A stretch of DNA of 64,000 bases from Promethearchaeota archaeon (GCA_016926735.1 JAFGOA010000071.1:1-64000), one strand, 5' to 3'. Positions 19,522 through 30,828 are shown, numbered from the stretch's first letter. The notes: generated from the letters alone by a model not told the origin. Numbers and translations are program-made.

Positions 19522-22500
19522 TTGGAGAAAAATAAAAGGGTTGTTTTGAAGAAAAATAATAAAATTCTTTCTATATGTATTATTGTATCGTTTATCATAT
19601 TAAGCTTTATTATACCGAGTCTTTATAATGCTAACGGTATTATAAATGATGTTCCTAATAAAATTGATGATAATTTTGGAAATAATAACATTAAATCATC
19701 ATATAATCAGATAAATATGTTTGAAGGATATGTAGATCCATTGAATATAACTGATTACGGAATTTTATATAATAATAGTCAATCTATATCATTAACTTCT
19801 GAAGAAGATATTGTTCTTCCTTATTATTTAGATGGGGTACATTATTGGGAAGCTTCAAAAATAGAAAATTCGATTACTAATATACAAGACACTCGTGAAT
19901 GGGTTAATAATAGTGATTTTCTACCAAGAAATACCTATCATGAAGATTTAATAACTCCTGTAGAAACACCTCATAATTATAATAATAATCATGATTTTTT
20001 TCAAACATATTATGAGACCATTGGAAAGGCAGGCGTAGATGCAATTAGAGTTCATTTTGTAAATATTTCATTTGATGAAAATGAAGATTATATAGGTATT
20101 TTTGGATATTATAGTGGAGAAGTATGGTTTCTTGATACAGGTAATAAATCAGATTTTTTTACTCCTTGGATATATGAGGATTCTGTAGATATAACTTATT
20201 ATTCAGATAATGATGCTATAGTTGGTTATGGATGTTATATTGATTATTTTGAATACATTAATGATACATCTTCTTATAATAATTCATGGGATTATCATCA
20301 ATATCATAACAAATTTTCTGAGATAAATAGCTATAGTACTCCTGGTTATGTTGGAAGTAATACCGCCGTACAAGTGGGTATGAATAGTGATCCCTTTTAT
20401 GATGTAAACGAGCGAATTGCTTGTACATATAATCAAAGTGATCTTATTGAAATTTATCAGAACCTAACCATTCCAAGGGGAAAGGTTATTGATGGATATA
20501 TCTCTTTTGACTATTTTCCCGAATCAATTATAAATACTAATAATTTTTATATTTTTCTTGCAATAAATGGTAAAAAAATTTACTCAAAAGGATTTCTTGA
20601 TATAAATGAAGCTGGAGGAAGTCAAATGTGGCATAGTACAGGAAATATTAATATGAAATTATGGGTAAATACAACAAATATATTTAATGATATTATCGAT
20701 AACCAGAAAATAAATATTTCTGTAGGTATAAAGAGTAGTAGTTGGACAACTTATTCTGGATATTTAGATAGATTTCAACAAGTTGTATGGTTTGATAATG
20801 TTTCCTTAGTTTTAACAACTCTAGCTAATTCAACTCAAGAAGATATTAACCTTAAAATTAATAATTTTTCATTATTTGAAGATCCTAACAACTGGGGCCA
20901 TTCTACATTAAATATATCAGACAACTGGGATAAAGAGCATCCAATTACACTTACAATAAATACTACCTCTCCTGATCTTTCATTTAAGCTAAATTCTAAA
21001 ATTTATGGACATCATAATGCAACTTCAAAAAGAAATCAACAAAATGTTGAGGGATTATCATATACCATTTTAAATAATGGTACTATTCTTTGGGAGTTTT
21101 ATCATAATTTTTACATGCCACCTTTTTATACTGAATTTGAATTTGTAGTAGATAAACCATTGAATTGGAAAATTTTATCAATTTTAGATCCTACATTCTT
21201 TTCAGTATCTTTCGAAGGGGGAGATACAGGAGATTCTTATGTAAAAGTTAATTCATCAGAAGCTATATTTCCAGGGTGGTGGAAGATTACAGCAACGTCT
21301 CCTAATTATATAGAGATTGAAAACACGGAAATGTCGAAAAATGGAGAATGGAATTTGAATGGCTTTCTTAAAGATGATATTGCTCAGATAAGAACTCAAA
21401 TAAATTCTTCTGATGATATACCTCTCGATTTAGGATCTACATTGGTGAATTTAACAATTTATGATATAGAAGGTAATGTTTGGTATGAAGAATCACAATC
21501 TCCAAATCCTCCTGATGGAAGAGTATTATTCTCCGAAATCGATTTTTCTACAAGGAGCACAGCATTTGGAGGAATTTATAATTATACTATATTTTGGACA
21601 AATGGTACAGCATTAGGGGGCATTAAATCTTCTTTAACTGTTATTCATGAGAGTTATTTAACACTTCTCGAACCTGATGATTCAACTTTCAATGGTAAAG
21701 TAGGAGAATTTATTCCAGTGAGGATATGGGCAAGAGATTCTGAGAATAATAATTCTTTAACAAATGGAATAATTTCATATAATTGGACAACAGGAACGAT
21801 GGATATGAGTGAAACTGTCTCAGGTATTTACGATACAATCTTAGATACAGAAGATATTGGTGCTCTCGGTCTATATCAAATTGTAATTCAGATTAATCTT
21901 ATTGGATATACTTCGAGCAATCTTACATTATATATTAATTTGGGAGAAGACACAAGTTTGAATAGATTACAATCTGATTCTAAAATAATTATCAACTCAA
22001 ATACGACTATTGAATTTTTCTATGCAGATTTTGATGATGATGGTATTATTGGAGCAACAGTATTGGTTAATATTTCAAATCCTTCATATTATTTTGTAAG
22101 TGATTTAAATAATGGAAATTATGAAATAGAAATAAATATGTCTTATTTTACATCAATTGGAACATATATCTTAAAGTTCACGTTTAGTGCCCCCGGTTAT
22201 GAAGAACAATCTCACCTTTATCAATTTTCAATTATTAATGTACCAATTACTACTCCTCCAGGTCCAAACATATTGCTTTTGGCAATTCTAGGTATTTCTC
22301 TTGCGATAATAGGTGCTTTATCAATAGTTAGTATAAGAAGTTATGTACTTTTACCAAGGAAAAGAAGGAAGGAGTCAGAAATACTCTCTAAAACTCAGAG
22401 ATTCAAAGACCTAAGAAATATACAAGCTATTGTAATTATTGATAAACTTAGTGGAGTACCAATTTTATCGAAAAGTTATTCAATATTAGAAACTCATAAA

Positions 22501-23109
22501 AAAGAGTTATTCTCAGGATTTATTCAAGCAATTACGACAATAGGAGAGCAAATAGCTGATGAAAAAACAGTAAAAGGTACTGATGAAAAGAAAGCGCAAA
22601 CAACTAAACGAGATCGTATTTTAGAATTAGATTTTAAATATTTCTATTGTCTAATATGTGATATCGAGGATATTCGGGTAGTATTAATTCTTAAAGAAAA
22701 AGCTTCAAATAGGCTAAGAAATCAAGCTAGAATCTTAGCAGAAGCATTAACACTTCAAATCTCACAATATCTACAAGACTGGGATGGATCAGTAAATAAA
22801 TTTGAAGTGATAATCCCTCCTATTTTAGAAGGATATATAGAAATGTACTATAAAGAAGTATTTAACTTAAATGATCCAAAATTTATTGGAAAAATAAGGA
22901 GAGAAGGACATCTAAATCAAATGGAAATAAGAGTTCTCAATGTTATTGACTCGATAGTAAAATTTAGAAATGATTTTTATTTAGAATATGTTCTTAATTC
23001 TATTCATGAATCAAACAAGGATAAAGTAATAATAGCATTAGAATCATTAATCCAAAAGCAGATAATCATTCCAAAGAAAATAGAAGGAGAATTTACTAAA
23101 TATTTTTAA
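19522..23109 (+). CDS. Large single-pass receptor-like protein: CUB-like/Ig-like ectodomain, TM, cytoplasmic longin-like domain and winged helix
   Basis: N-terminal hydrophobic segment; 'ETPHNY..IRVHF..D.I..YSD..GYG' CUB-like motif; many N-x-S/T sequons; TM followed by 'PRKRRK'; 'IVIIDKLSGVPI..LFSGFIQAI' longin-like region. Confidence 0.7.
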   Translation: MEKNKRVVLKKNNKILSICIIVSFIILSFIIPSLYNANGIINDVPNKIDDNFGNNNIKSSYNQINMFEGYVDPLNITDYGILYNNSQSISLTSEEDIVLPYYLDGVHYWEASKIENSITNIQDTREWVNNSDFLPRNTYHEDLITPVETPHNYNNNHDFFQTYYETIGKAGVDAIRVHFVNISFDENEDYIGIFGYYSGEVWFLDTGNKSDFFTPWIYEDSVDITYYSDNDAIVGYGCYIDYFEYINDTSSYNNSWDYHQYHNKFSEINSYSTPGYVGSNTAVQVGMNSDPFYDVNERIACTYNQSDLIEIYQNLTIPRGKVIDGYISFDYFPESIINTNNFYIFLAINGKKIYSKGFLDINEAGGSQMWHSTGNINMKLWVNTTNIFNDIIDNQKINISVGIKSSSWTTYSGYLDRFQQVVWFDNVSLVLTTLANSTQEDINLKINNFSLFEDPNNWGHSTLNISDNWDKEHPITLTINTTSPDLSFKLNSKIYGHHNATSKRNQQNVEGLSYTILNNGTILWEFYHNFYMPPFYTEFEFVVDKPLNWKILSILDPTFFSVSFEGGDTGDSYVKVNSSEAIFPGWWKITATSPNYIEIENTEMSKNGEWNLNGFLKDDIAQIRTQINSSDDIPLDLGSTLVNLTIYDIEGNVWYEESQSPNPPDGRVLFSEIDFSTRSTAFGGIYNYTIFWTNGTALGGIKSSLTVIHESYLTLLEPDDSTFNGKVGEFIPVRIWARDSENNNSLTNGIISYNWTTGTMDMSETVSGIYDTILDTEDIGALGLYQIVIQINLIGYTSSNLTLYINLGEDTSLNRLQSDSKIIINSNTTIEFFYADFDDDGIIGATVLVNISNPSYYFVSDLNNGNYEIEINMSYFTSIGTYILKFTFSAPGYEEQSHLYQFSIINVPITTPPGPNILLLAILGISLAIIGALSIVSIRSYVLLPRKRRKESEILSKTQRFKDLRNIQAIVIIDKLSGVPILSKSYSILETHKKELFSGFIQAITTIGEQIADEKTVKGTDEKKAQTTKRDRILELDFKYFYCLICDIEDIRVVLILKEKASNRLRNQARILAEALTLQISQYLQDWDGSVNKFEVIIPPILEGYIEMYYKEVFNLNDPKFIGKIRREGHLNQMEIRVLNVIDSIVKFRNDFYLEYVLNSIHESNKDKVIIALESLIQKQIIIPKKIEGEFTKYF

Positions 23110-23364
23110 TTCTTTTTTTCCCTTTTATATATAATTTATTAAAAGTATATATGTATAATATTTATTATCTCCATTTTTTTTATATTTAATGAGATTTGAT
23201 GAAGAGAAATCAAGGTGTTTTACGAAATCAAAATTAAAAATATAGAAATGAGAAGGATTAATTATTTATCTTTCTTTTTATTTAATAAGTTCAATAAAAA
23301 ACCTTAAAATTAATCTCAATATAATTTTAAGGATGATTAATAAAGACTAATAACACCTAAAATT

Positions 23365-25023
23365 ATGAATAGCAAATTCGTATGTGATACATCTGTAATT
23401 TTTAATGGTCAAATTCTAAGATTAATTGAGGATGGAGATTTAGGAGAAGTTCCGGAAATCTATATTCCAAATGTTGTAGTAGCAGAGATTGAATATAGAT
23501 CTAATATTCAAAAAGAAATTGGATTTTTTGGCATTAATGTTTTAAAAAATCTTAGAGAATATCATAAAAATAAAGAAATAATTCTGCATGTTTCAGGAGA
23601 AAGGCCAACAAGGGATGAAATAAAAATGTCTCCAGGTGGAGAATTAGATGCACTTATAAGAAGAGAAGCCATCAAAAATAATGCAATATTGATAACAACA
23701 GATCGAATTCAAGGAGATATTGGAATATTTGAAGGCTTAGAAATATTTTATGTAAAAGACCGAACAGAACCACGTCCTAAAGAGCCATTATACTTAAAAT
23801 TATTAGAATTTTTTGATGAAAATACAATGAGTGTTCATTTGAAAAGATATCTTCCACCTTATGCAAAAAAGGGGTCACCAGGTAGATGGCGTCTTGAAAA
23901 GATCTCTGAAGAACCAATAAGTAATCAATTAATAGAGGATATTGCTTTAGAAATCGTGGAATATGTTCGAGAAGATGAACACTCCTTTATTGAAATTGAT
24001 AAATTAGGAGCTTTAGTTCTTCAAATGCGAGATTTTAGAATAGTTATTACACGTCCTCCTTTTTCAAATGATGTTGAAATTACAGCTGTAAGACCTTTAG
24101 TTAATTTGACATTGTCAGATTATTCTATTGATTTTAATCTAAGGGAGAATATAGAAAAGGCAGAAGGTATATTAGTATGTGGTGCTCCAGGAGCAGGAAA
24201 GTCCACATTTGCAGCTGCCTTAGCAAATCATTATCTGGAAAGAGAAAAAGTAGTAAAAACCTTAGAGAGCGTTAGAGATCTGCAAGTAAGACCCGAGATT
24301 ACTCAATATACTAAATTAGAAGGCAATCTAGAAAATTCAGCAGATATTTTATTGTTAGTTAGACCAGATTTTACAATTTATGATGAAGTTAGAACAACAA
24401 AAGATTTTGAGATATATACGGATTTTAGATTATCAGGTGTTGGAATGGTTGGTGTTGTTCATAGTTCTTCAGCAATAGATGCAATTCAGAGATTTATAGG
24501 TAGAGTAGAACTTGGAATGTTGCCCTCAATAATCGATACGATAATTTTTATTGAAGGAGGAGATATACACACAGTATTAGGAGTTCAAATGACAGTAAAA
24601 GTTCCATCGGGATTTAAAGATAAAGATTTAGCTAGACCTGTTGTTGAAGTAAGAGATTTTAAAACAAATAAATTGGTATTTGAAGTTTATTCATTTGGAC
24701 AAGATATTGTATTAAATCCTATTAATCCAATTAAATCAAAAAAGAAATTTAATGAATTTAAAGATTTAAAAGAGCAGGAATATGACATTCCTAGAGGAGA
24801 AAGAATTAATTTAGATATTCAAGTTAAAAATGATAAAATTCTCATTTCTGCACCTTTAATATATGCTTCTACAAATGTACAGATCTTTGCTGAAGGACAA
24901 CTTATATTCACAGGATCTCTAAGTAGAAATGCTGAAATAAAAGTATCCCTTACTAATATCGAATCAAAGAAATTCCTAAAAGCAATAAATCAAAATAAGA
25001 ACATATATGGGATACCCAAATAA
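23365..25023 (+). CDS. PIN-domain ATPase (PINA family)
   Basis: PIN 'VCDTSVI..ELDA..LITTD', 'TMSVHLK', Walker A 'GAPGAGKST', 'RPDFTIYDEVR', 'DLARPVVEVRDF'. Confidence 0.9.
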   Translation: MNSKFVCDTSVIFNGQILRLIEDGDLGEVPEIYIPNVVVAEIEYRSNIQKEIGFFGINVLKNLREYHKNKEIILHVSGERPTRDEIKMSPGGELDALIRREAIKNNAILITTDRIQGDIGIFEGLEIFYVKDRTEPRPKEPLYLKLLEFFDENTMSVHLKRYLPPYAKKGSPGRWRLEKISEEPISNQLIEDIALEIVEYVREDEHSFIEIDKLGALVLQMRDFRIVITRPPFSNDVEITAVRPLVNLTLSDYSIDFNLRENIEKAEGILVCGAPGAGKSTFAAALANHYLEREKVVKTLESVRDLQVRPEITQYTKLEGNLENSADILLLVRPDFTIYDEVRTTKDFEIYTDFRLSGVGMVGVVHSSSAIDAIQRFIGRVELGMLPSIIDTIIFIEGGDIHTVLGVQMTVKVPSGFKDKDLARPVVEVRDFKTNKLVFEVYSFGQDIVLNPINPIKSKKKFNEFKDLKEQEYDIPRGERINLDIQVKNDKILISAPLIYASTNVQIFAEGQLIFTGSLSRNAEIKVSLTNIESKKFLKAINQNKNIYGIPK

Positions 25024-25226
25024 TTAACAAATATTTTACTATTACTTATTTTTTAATTATTTTCATAGTTTTAAGTATATACGAATTTTAAGTTATTAAA
25101 TTCATCCTATATGAGCGTATTTAAAAAATAATAATTTTTTCAATTTTTTTATAAATATAAAATTCACTAATTATAAAGGTAAATCTAATTATATTCAAGC
25201 TAGATTAACACAAATTTAAAAAAAAT

Positions 25227-26021
25227 TTAGAAGGGAAATCTTCCAGGACCAAATACTCCACCCCGCATCCTTCTTCCAAGCATAGCTCCTGTCATCATTC
25301 CATGTCCATGATGATTATCGTGGAGAACATTATCAATAGAGAGAACAAATCCAACAAGAATACGTCTATCCGTTTCGTCATCAAGAACTTTTAAAGCATA
25401 AGTATCTTGAAAATCAAATATTCCTCCAAGAAAGATATCTCTCCAGCGATCAGCTTTTTCTATTTCAGCCACTATTTTTCCACTTGAAATTTCTATAACT
25501 TTAAATGACCAGCCAAGAAATTCTCCTTGTGCTTCATACCATCGATTTCCAAGTGGATCCTCTAACCAAAACTTAGGTCTGAAAAATGAGGTTATTTTCT
25601 TCTTAATTCGAGCAATTTTATTACCTTGAGCATCCATTAAATCTTGAGCACCACGAGCCGAAACTATTTTTGAATGAATTGATGCTGAAACAGTACCATC
25701 TTGTTCTATTAATTCAATTTTTTTTCTAATATTGAAAAATATTCTATGCATTGTTCCAATAGTTTTTCCAGTCTCATCATAAATGTCACCACTTCCAAAG
25801 TCCCAATATTTCTCTTTTAAAACATAATATTTTCTCCTTAAATCAAATAATCCTAATTTAGAGGGATCAGATTGTTGAGCAGGTTGAGGTTGTACAGATT
25901 GAGTATATACAGGTTGATTTACTACTTCTTGAGCTGGAACTCTTTCTAATTTTCCACCACACATCTCACAAAATTTTTGATTTTGATCAGTTATTTCATT
26001 TCCACATTCGCTACAATACAT
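25227..26021 (-). CDS. Zinc-ribbon + LURP-one/scramblase (Tubby C-like) protein
   Basis: 'MYCSECG..KFCEMCG', a Q/P-rich linker, a LURP-like beta-barrel ('DTYAL..ILVGFVLSID') and a Gly/His-rich tail. Confidence 0.8.
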   Translation of the reverse strand: MYCSECGNEITDQNQKFCEMCGGKLERVPAQEVVNQPVYTQSVQPQPAQQSDPSKLGLFDLRRKYYVLKEKYWDFGSGDIYDETGKTIGTMHRIFFNIRKKIELIEQDGTVSASIHSKIVSARGAQDLMDAQGNKIARIKKKITSFFRPKFWLEDPLGNRWYEAQGEFLGWSFKVIEISSGKIVAEIEKADRWRDIFLGGIFDFQDTYALKVLDDETDRRILVGFVLSIDNVLHDNHHGHGMMTGAMLGRRMRGGVFGPGRFPF

Positions 26022-26156
26022 AATTCTATCAATATAATTGGATAATTCATTATTTTTATTCTTATAATATTAAAAATGAAAGAACTATTTTTAATTTTTA
26101 TAGTCCAATTTTTGATATACTTATATAGATATTTAAATGTGGGTTATTTTTAGCTT

Positions 26157-26891
26157 CTATTGAAATTTATCCAATTTTTCTAATAGAATTTTAAAATTAT
26201 CAACTAAATCATAATATTCAATCATAGAAATTGGTTCATCTATTTCATCCAATTGATTTAAATAATGCGCATCGCTACTAACGGCTATGGGTATCTTAAA
26301 GAGGATTAATTTATCAAAAAATAATTCCTTATACTTTGTAGAATAGAATTGCGGATAATTTGAGTTAAACTCATAGTAGATGTGATATTTGCTCATTATA
26401 TTTAATAAAATACTCATATCAAAATATATAAAATTAGCGGGATCAAAATGAGCTAATCCGAAGAGAGGATTTTTTTTTCCTAATTTTTTTTTTTTTCGCC
26501 ATTCTGAAATAATTTTTTGAACAAATGCTAGTGATTCAGGATTATCTAAGTATTCAAATAATATTATATCAAATTCTTTTGGATGTATTAATTTCATAAT
26601 ATAGTTAAAAGAACTTTCTAAATCGATTTCGATTCCTTTTAATATTTTAAGGTTACTTTTAGCCTTTTTTAAATCCCTATTAAGAATTTCAATTTCATTG
26701 AGATAATCATTTATTATATCATAAGAATTTAGAGTCTTTATTATATTTGCTTTCCATGAATCTGAAAAATGATCTGTTATTGCGATAAAATTAAATTTCA
26801 ATTCATTTGCTCTATCAACTATTTGTTCCACAGTATTCTTTCCATCTGAGAAATTACTATGAATATGCAGATTAATCTTTGGTAAAATCAT
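26157..26891 (-). CDS. PHP-domain phosphoesterase
   Basis: 'NLHIHSNFSDG', 'IAITDH', 'GIEID', 'LAH', 'SSDAH'. Confidence 0.9.
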   Translation of the reverse strand: MILPKINLHIHSNFSDGKNTVEQIVDRANELKFNFIAITDHFSDSWKANIIKTLNSYDIINDYLNEIEILNRDLKKAKSNLKILKGIEIDLESSFNYIMKLIHPKEFDIILFEYLDNPESLAFVQKIISEWRKKKKLGKKNPLFGLAHFDPANFIYFDMSILLNIMSKYHIYYEFNSNYPQFYSTKYKELFFDKLILFKIPIAVSSDAHYLNQLDEIDEPISMIEYYDLVDNFKILLEKLDKFQ

Positions 26892-27006
26892 TTTTTTTTA
26901 GATTTATGGACATTATACCTTATTATTTAACTATCTTATAATTATTTTCTATTTAGGTTTTTATAATTTTAGGAAATCTATTTTTCATAAGGAATCTACA
27001 AAATAA

Positions 27007-28905
27007 TTATAGATTCTTTAATTCTCTATTAAAATATATTTGAACAGCACTACTGAAGATTAAAATTATTCCGAATATTGATAATACTGTTGTAAAAATA
27101 AATTCACTTCCAGATTTGCTTATATGAGTACCACCTATTCCAATATTCTCAATGTTAATAATATCAGTATTTACTAATATAGCAAGGATAAATATAAAGA
27201 TAGCTGATACTAATAAAATAACACCCATAATTAAATTAATATAGTAGATTAACCTTGTATGCTTTTTTTCTAATTCAATAATACGTCCCTCTCCTATTGT
27301 TATTGCTACTTTTTGTTTATCAATTCTTTTTACAAATGAATATACTATTTCCCTTAGAGGTATTATATCGAAAATAACAGTTATTAAGACAAATATTACT
27401 ATGATAATTAGAATTCTAAGGAGAATAAGATCAAAAATTTCTATCCCAATAGATAAAGTGGATGACATTACACTTAAGTTTTTTAATATCCAAATAAAGA
27501 TTCCTATAATTATAACACTAAAAAATTTTAATCCTGCTATTGTTAAAAGAATAGAAGGACGATCAGCTATAGTTAAAAGATAATATAAAAGTCCCACAAG
27601 AAAAATAATAATACCGATTAAGATTGCTTCAGCACCACCATTGAAAATAAGACTAAATGCTAATATTAAACAGGTTGATCCTACAATACATGGGAGATAT
27701 GGAAAGAATGGTGCTTTAAATGGACGAGCTAATTCTTTTCTTTTATATCTTAAACTAACTGCAGCAAAATTAACAAAAGCAAGACCAAAAAAATAAATAA
27801 AACTGGTCATTAGCGCTGCTAGTTCAATATCTACTAAAAGAACAATAATAATACTAATTATTGTTGTGACTATTAAAGAATATATTGGAACATTTCTCTT
27901 TTTATCTACTTTTCTCAATTTTGCTGTTATATAATTATCTCTTGCTAAAGCATAAAGTACACTAATAGCAGATCCTAATGCAGCATTCATAGCTATAAGT
28001 GTAGAAATAATCGCAGCAATACCCATAATATAGAAACCAAAATCACCAAGAGTTCCTTTAAGTACTCCTGCTAGTAAAATAGGCTCATTAGAAAAGGAAT
28101 CAGGTTGACCTCCAATATTGATTAATACAACTGAAGTTATAATTAAATAAATTAAAGTTGAAGAAGTAATCGCAAGGGTATTTATTCGAGGGATATTTTT
28201 TAAACGATTTTTAATCTGAGGGTTTAAATATGCTAAATTTGAAGTTATAGAATTAAAACATATAAATAGCAGAGAAAATGTTTGCATTATTGCAAAAAAA
28301 TTAAAATCCGAAAAAATATAGGAGGGATTATAATTAGCAGGATTTGTTTTTGGAGATATAAAAATCCCAGAAAATGTAAAAAAAGTAAAAATACTAATTA
28401 AAACAATTGTAAGTAATAATAAACTTTTCAAAGCAATTTTTTGAGTTCTAAATACAACTATACTAATAAATAAAATTGATAAGAGAGCAATGATCGTTTT
28501 TATTGATTCCATAGCAGGAAATATTTGAAAAATAACAAGAGCAAATGATAATGAAGAAAAAACGATAGTTCCAATATTAGCAATCCATAAAAATAAACCA
28601 ATAATAAATGCTAAAAACCCACCTAATCCTTGTTTACTAAAATTATATGCGCCACCAGAAAGAGGTAAACTTATTGATAATTCAGAATAATTAAGAGCAG
28701 TGAGAAAGATCAAAATACCTCCTAATGCAAGACTGATTAATACACCAGGACCGGCTATTTCAATAGCATTCCCAAGTAAAAGAAAAATTGAACCTCCAAT
28801 TCCACAACCTATACCATAAAGAACACTACTCCCTATTCCTAAAGGCTTTTCCATAACATTTTTATTGTTTTCAGTAGTTTCTTTTGCTAACTTTATTTTC
28901 TTCAA
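27007..28905 (-). CDS. APC-superfamily amino acid permease with extra C-terminal TMs
   Basis: 'GCGIGGSIF..AGPG', 'YSEL..P.SGGAY', 'YALARD', 'RPFKAPFFP'. Confidence 0.88.
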   Translation of the reverse strand: MKKIKLAKETTENNKNVMEKPLGIGSSVLYGIGCGIGGSIFLLLGNAIEIAGPGVLISLALGGILIFLTALNYSELSISLPLSGGAYNFSKQGLGGFLAFIIGLFLWIANIGTIVFSSLSFALVIFQIFPAMESIKTIIALLSILFISIVVFRTQKIALKSLLLLTIVLISIFTFFTFSGIFISPKTNPANYNPSYIFSDFNFFAIMQTFSLLFICFNSITSNLAYLNPQIKNRLKNIPRINTLAITSSTLIYLIITSVVLINIGGQPDSFSNEPILLAGVLKGTLGDFGFYIMGIAAIISTLIAMNAALGSAISVLYALARDNYITAKLRKVDKKRNVPIYSLIVTTIISIIIVLLVDIELAALMTSFIYFFGLAFVNFAAVSLRYKRKELARPFKAPFFPYLPCIVGSTCLILAFSLIFNGGAEAILIGIIIFLVGLLYYLLTIADRPSILLTIAGLKFFSVIIIGIFIWILKNLSVMSSTLSIGIEIFDLILLRILIIIVIFVLITVIFDIIPLREIVYSFVKRIDKQKVAITIGEGRIIELEKKHTRLIYYINLIMGVILLVSAIFIFILAILVNTDIINIENIGIGGTHISKSGSEFIFTTVLSIFGIILIFSSAVQIYFNRELKNL

Positions 28906-28994
28906 TTTTAGATTTAATTGATTTTTATAGTATAATAATTTAAAATGAAAATTTAAATATATTTTATATTTAATGAATTTGGTTATAAAAATAG

Positions 28995-30431
28995 TTATGA
29001 TTTTTCCAGATGAAATACCCCAGAAATTATTGTTAGAATAGCTCCCAATAAAACAATACCAAGTATTATCTCTGAACTAATATCATTAAAATTAATAAAC
29101 CCAAGTAATGATCCAATTGTCCAGACTAAGAAAAATATCCCAAAACAAATTAATATTCCACCAAAAAATTTTGATAGTCTATATATAAGAGATAATACTT
29201 CAAGTCTATGAATCCGACTTTCTTTATCTCTTATTTCTTCTTCTTGATTATTCAATTCCACTTTAAGTTTTTGGAATACTTTTCGAGATTCAGTAATACT
29301 ATTTTCAATCCTCTCATTTGCAGCTAATAATTTATTATTTTCTTCTTCTATAGCTTTATATTTTTCATTAAGAGCATCTAATCTTTCCTCTCTTTCTTGA
29401 TGTTCCGTAGTAGATCTTTCTATTGATTCTTTAAGTTCAATTAATCGTTTTTCATTTGCTATCTTTAGCGATTCATTATTTTCTATTTCATCTTTTATCT
29501 TTATTAATTTAATATTTGCTTCTTGAATTTTCGATTCCAAACCAACAACAATTTGTTGCTTTTCTGTCATCTGATATTTGTATTTTTCCAATAATTCTTC
29601 ATAGGTCTTCCTCTGTTCTTTCATTTCTGGAAAACCTTGATTATATTGTTTGATTTGACTATCAAAATCTTCTAATTTTCGTTCTTTTTTCTCAATCTGA
29701 TCATTTAGTAATTTTAATTCGTCTTCTTTAGCAGTGATTAGGTTATTCGAATGTTCTAATTCTACTTTATTTTTATCAATTGATACCTTGATTGACTCAG
29801 TTTCCGCTTTAAGACTTTTAAGTTTCTTCTCGAGAGTGTCAGCTTCTTCTCTCTGTTTCTCGAGTTCTTTTTCTTTTTCATTAATTTCATCATCTAATTT
29901 TGAAGCTTGATTTCTAAGTTGATCTTTTTTTGCGACTTTTTCTTTAACATTATCAGAAAGAACAATAAGATCCACTTGTCTTTGTTCATAATTCTTGACT
30001 AATTGCTCATTATTCCGTAGAAGTTCTTGATATTCTTCTTCAAGATTTTCTTTACTTTCTTTTATAATAGTTAATCGTTCTTCTAAATTTCCTAATTCTT
30101 CATTCTTTCTACTATATCTTTCCTCTAAGGCTTTGATTGTCTCTTGGAGAGCATCGTGGTATTGCCCTCTATTATCTATTTTTTTTTCTATAGATTTAAG
30201 TTTTTCTTCCGCATCTTCAATTTCTTTTGAAATTTCATCTATTGCTTTATCATCAATATCTTTTTTTTCAATTTCTTTTTCTATTTGTTCAATACTATCT
30301 TCAAAAGTTCTTAAATTTTTATCAATAATGTCTCTAGAGTCTTTAGCTTTAGATAAAAATTCTTTATCTATCTTATCAATTTCTTTTTCGATTTTACTAT
30401 TTTTTTCTTCTTCGTTAAATTCGTCAGTCAT
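28995..30431 (-). CDS. Long coiled-coil protein with two C-terminal TM helices
   Basis: About 410 aa of E/K-rich heptads followed by a hydrophobic hairpin; no Walker motifs. Confidence 0.8.
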   Translation of the reverse strand: MTDEFNEEEKNSKIEKEIDKIDKEFLSKAKDSRDIIDKNLRTFEDSIEQIEKEIEKKDIDDKAIDEISKEIEDAEEKLKSIEKKIDNRGQYHDALQETIKALEERYSRKNEELGNLEERLTIIKESKENLEEEYQELLRNNEQLVKNYEQRQVDLIVLSDNVKEKVAKKDQLRNQASKLDDEINEKEKELEKQREEADTLEKKLKSLKAETESIKVSIDKNKVELEHSNNLITAKEDELKLLNDQIEKKERKLEDFDSQIKQYNQGFPEMKEQRKTYEELLEKYKYQMTEKQQIVVGLESKIQEANIKLIKIKDEIENNESLKIANEKRLIELKESIERSTTEHQEREERLDALNEKYKAIEEENNKLLAANERIENSITESRKVFQKLKVELNNQEEEIRDKESRIHRLEVLSLIYRLSKFFGGILICFGIFFLVWTIGSLLGFINFNDISSEIILGIVLLGAILTIISGVFHLEKS

Positions 30432-30828
30432 TTTATTTTAATTTTGGATTATTTAAATTCAATATATTTTTATCCCTAAAAATAAATAGGGACATAAGTT
30501 TTTAATATTTATTCTTTATTTATAAAGGGAAAAATTATTTTCATTTCTCTAGAAGGCTTTTTATACAAAAAGTTATTGGAATCTATCAAATTTTATCATA
30601 TTAAAAAATACAATATAAATAATTCTTTAAGAAATATACTTAATTTTAATATTTATTTATTTATTTTTTTTTTCTAATATGAAGTTTTTATAATAATTAG
30701 GAATACATTGAAAAAATAAAAAATTATATCTAATTTTTTTTATATTCTATACTTTAAAAAAATAGTTTATAAAGGATGGAGACCAAAAAATATATTATCT
30801 CTTAGTCAATTAACTAAAAAGATGATAT

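Noticed and set aside
28995-30431. SMC/Rad50 call for the coiled-coil protein
   Set aside because: No Walker A/B, signature motif or hinge, and it has C-terminal TM helices.
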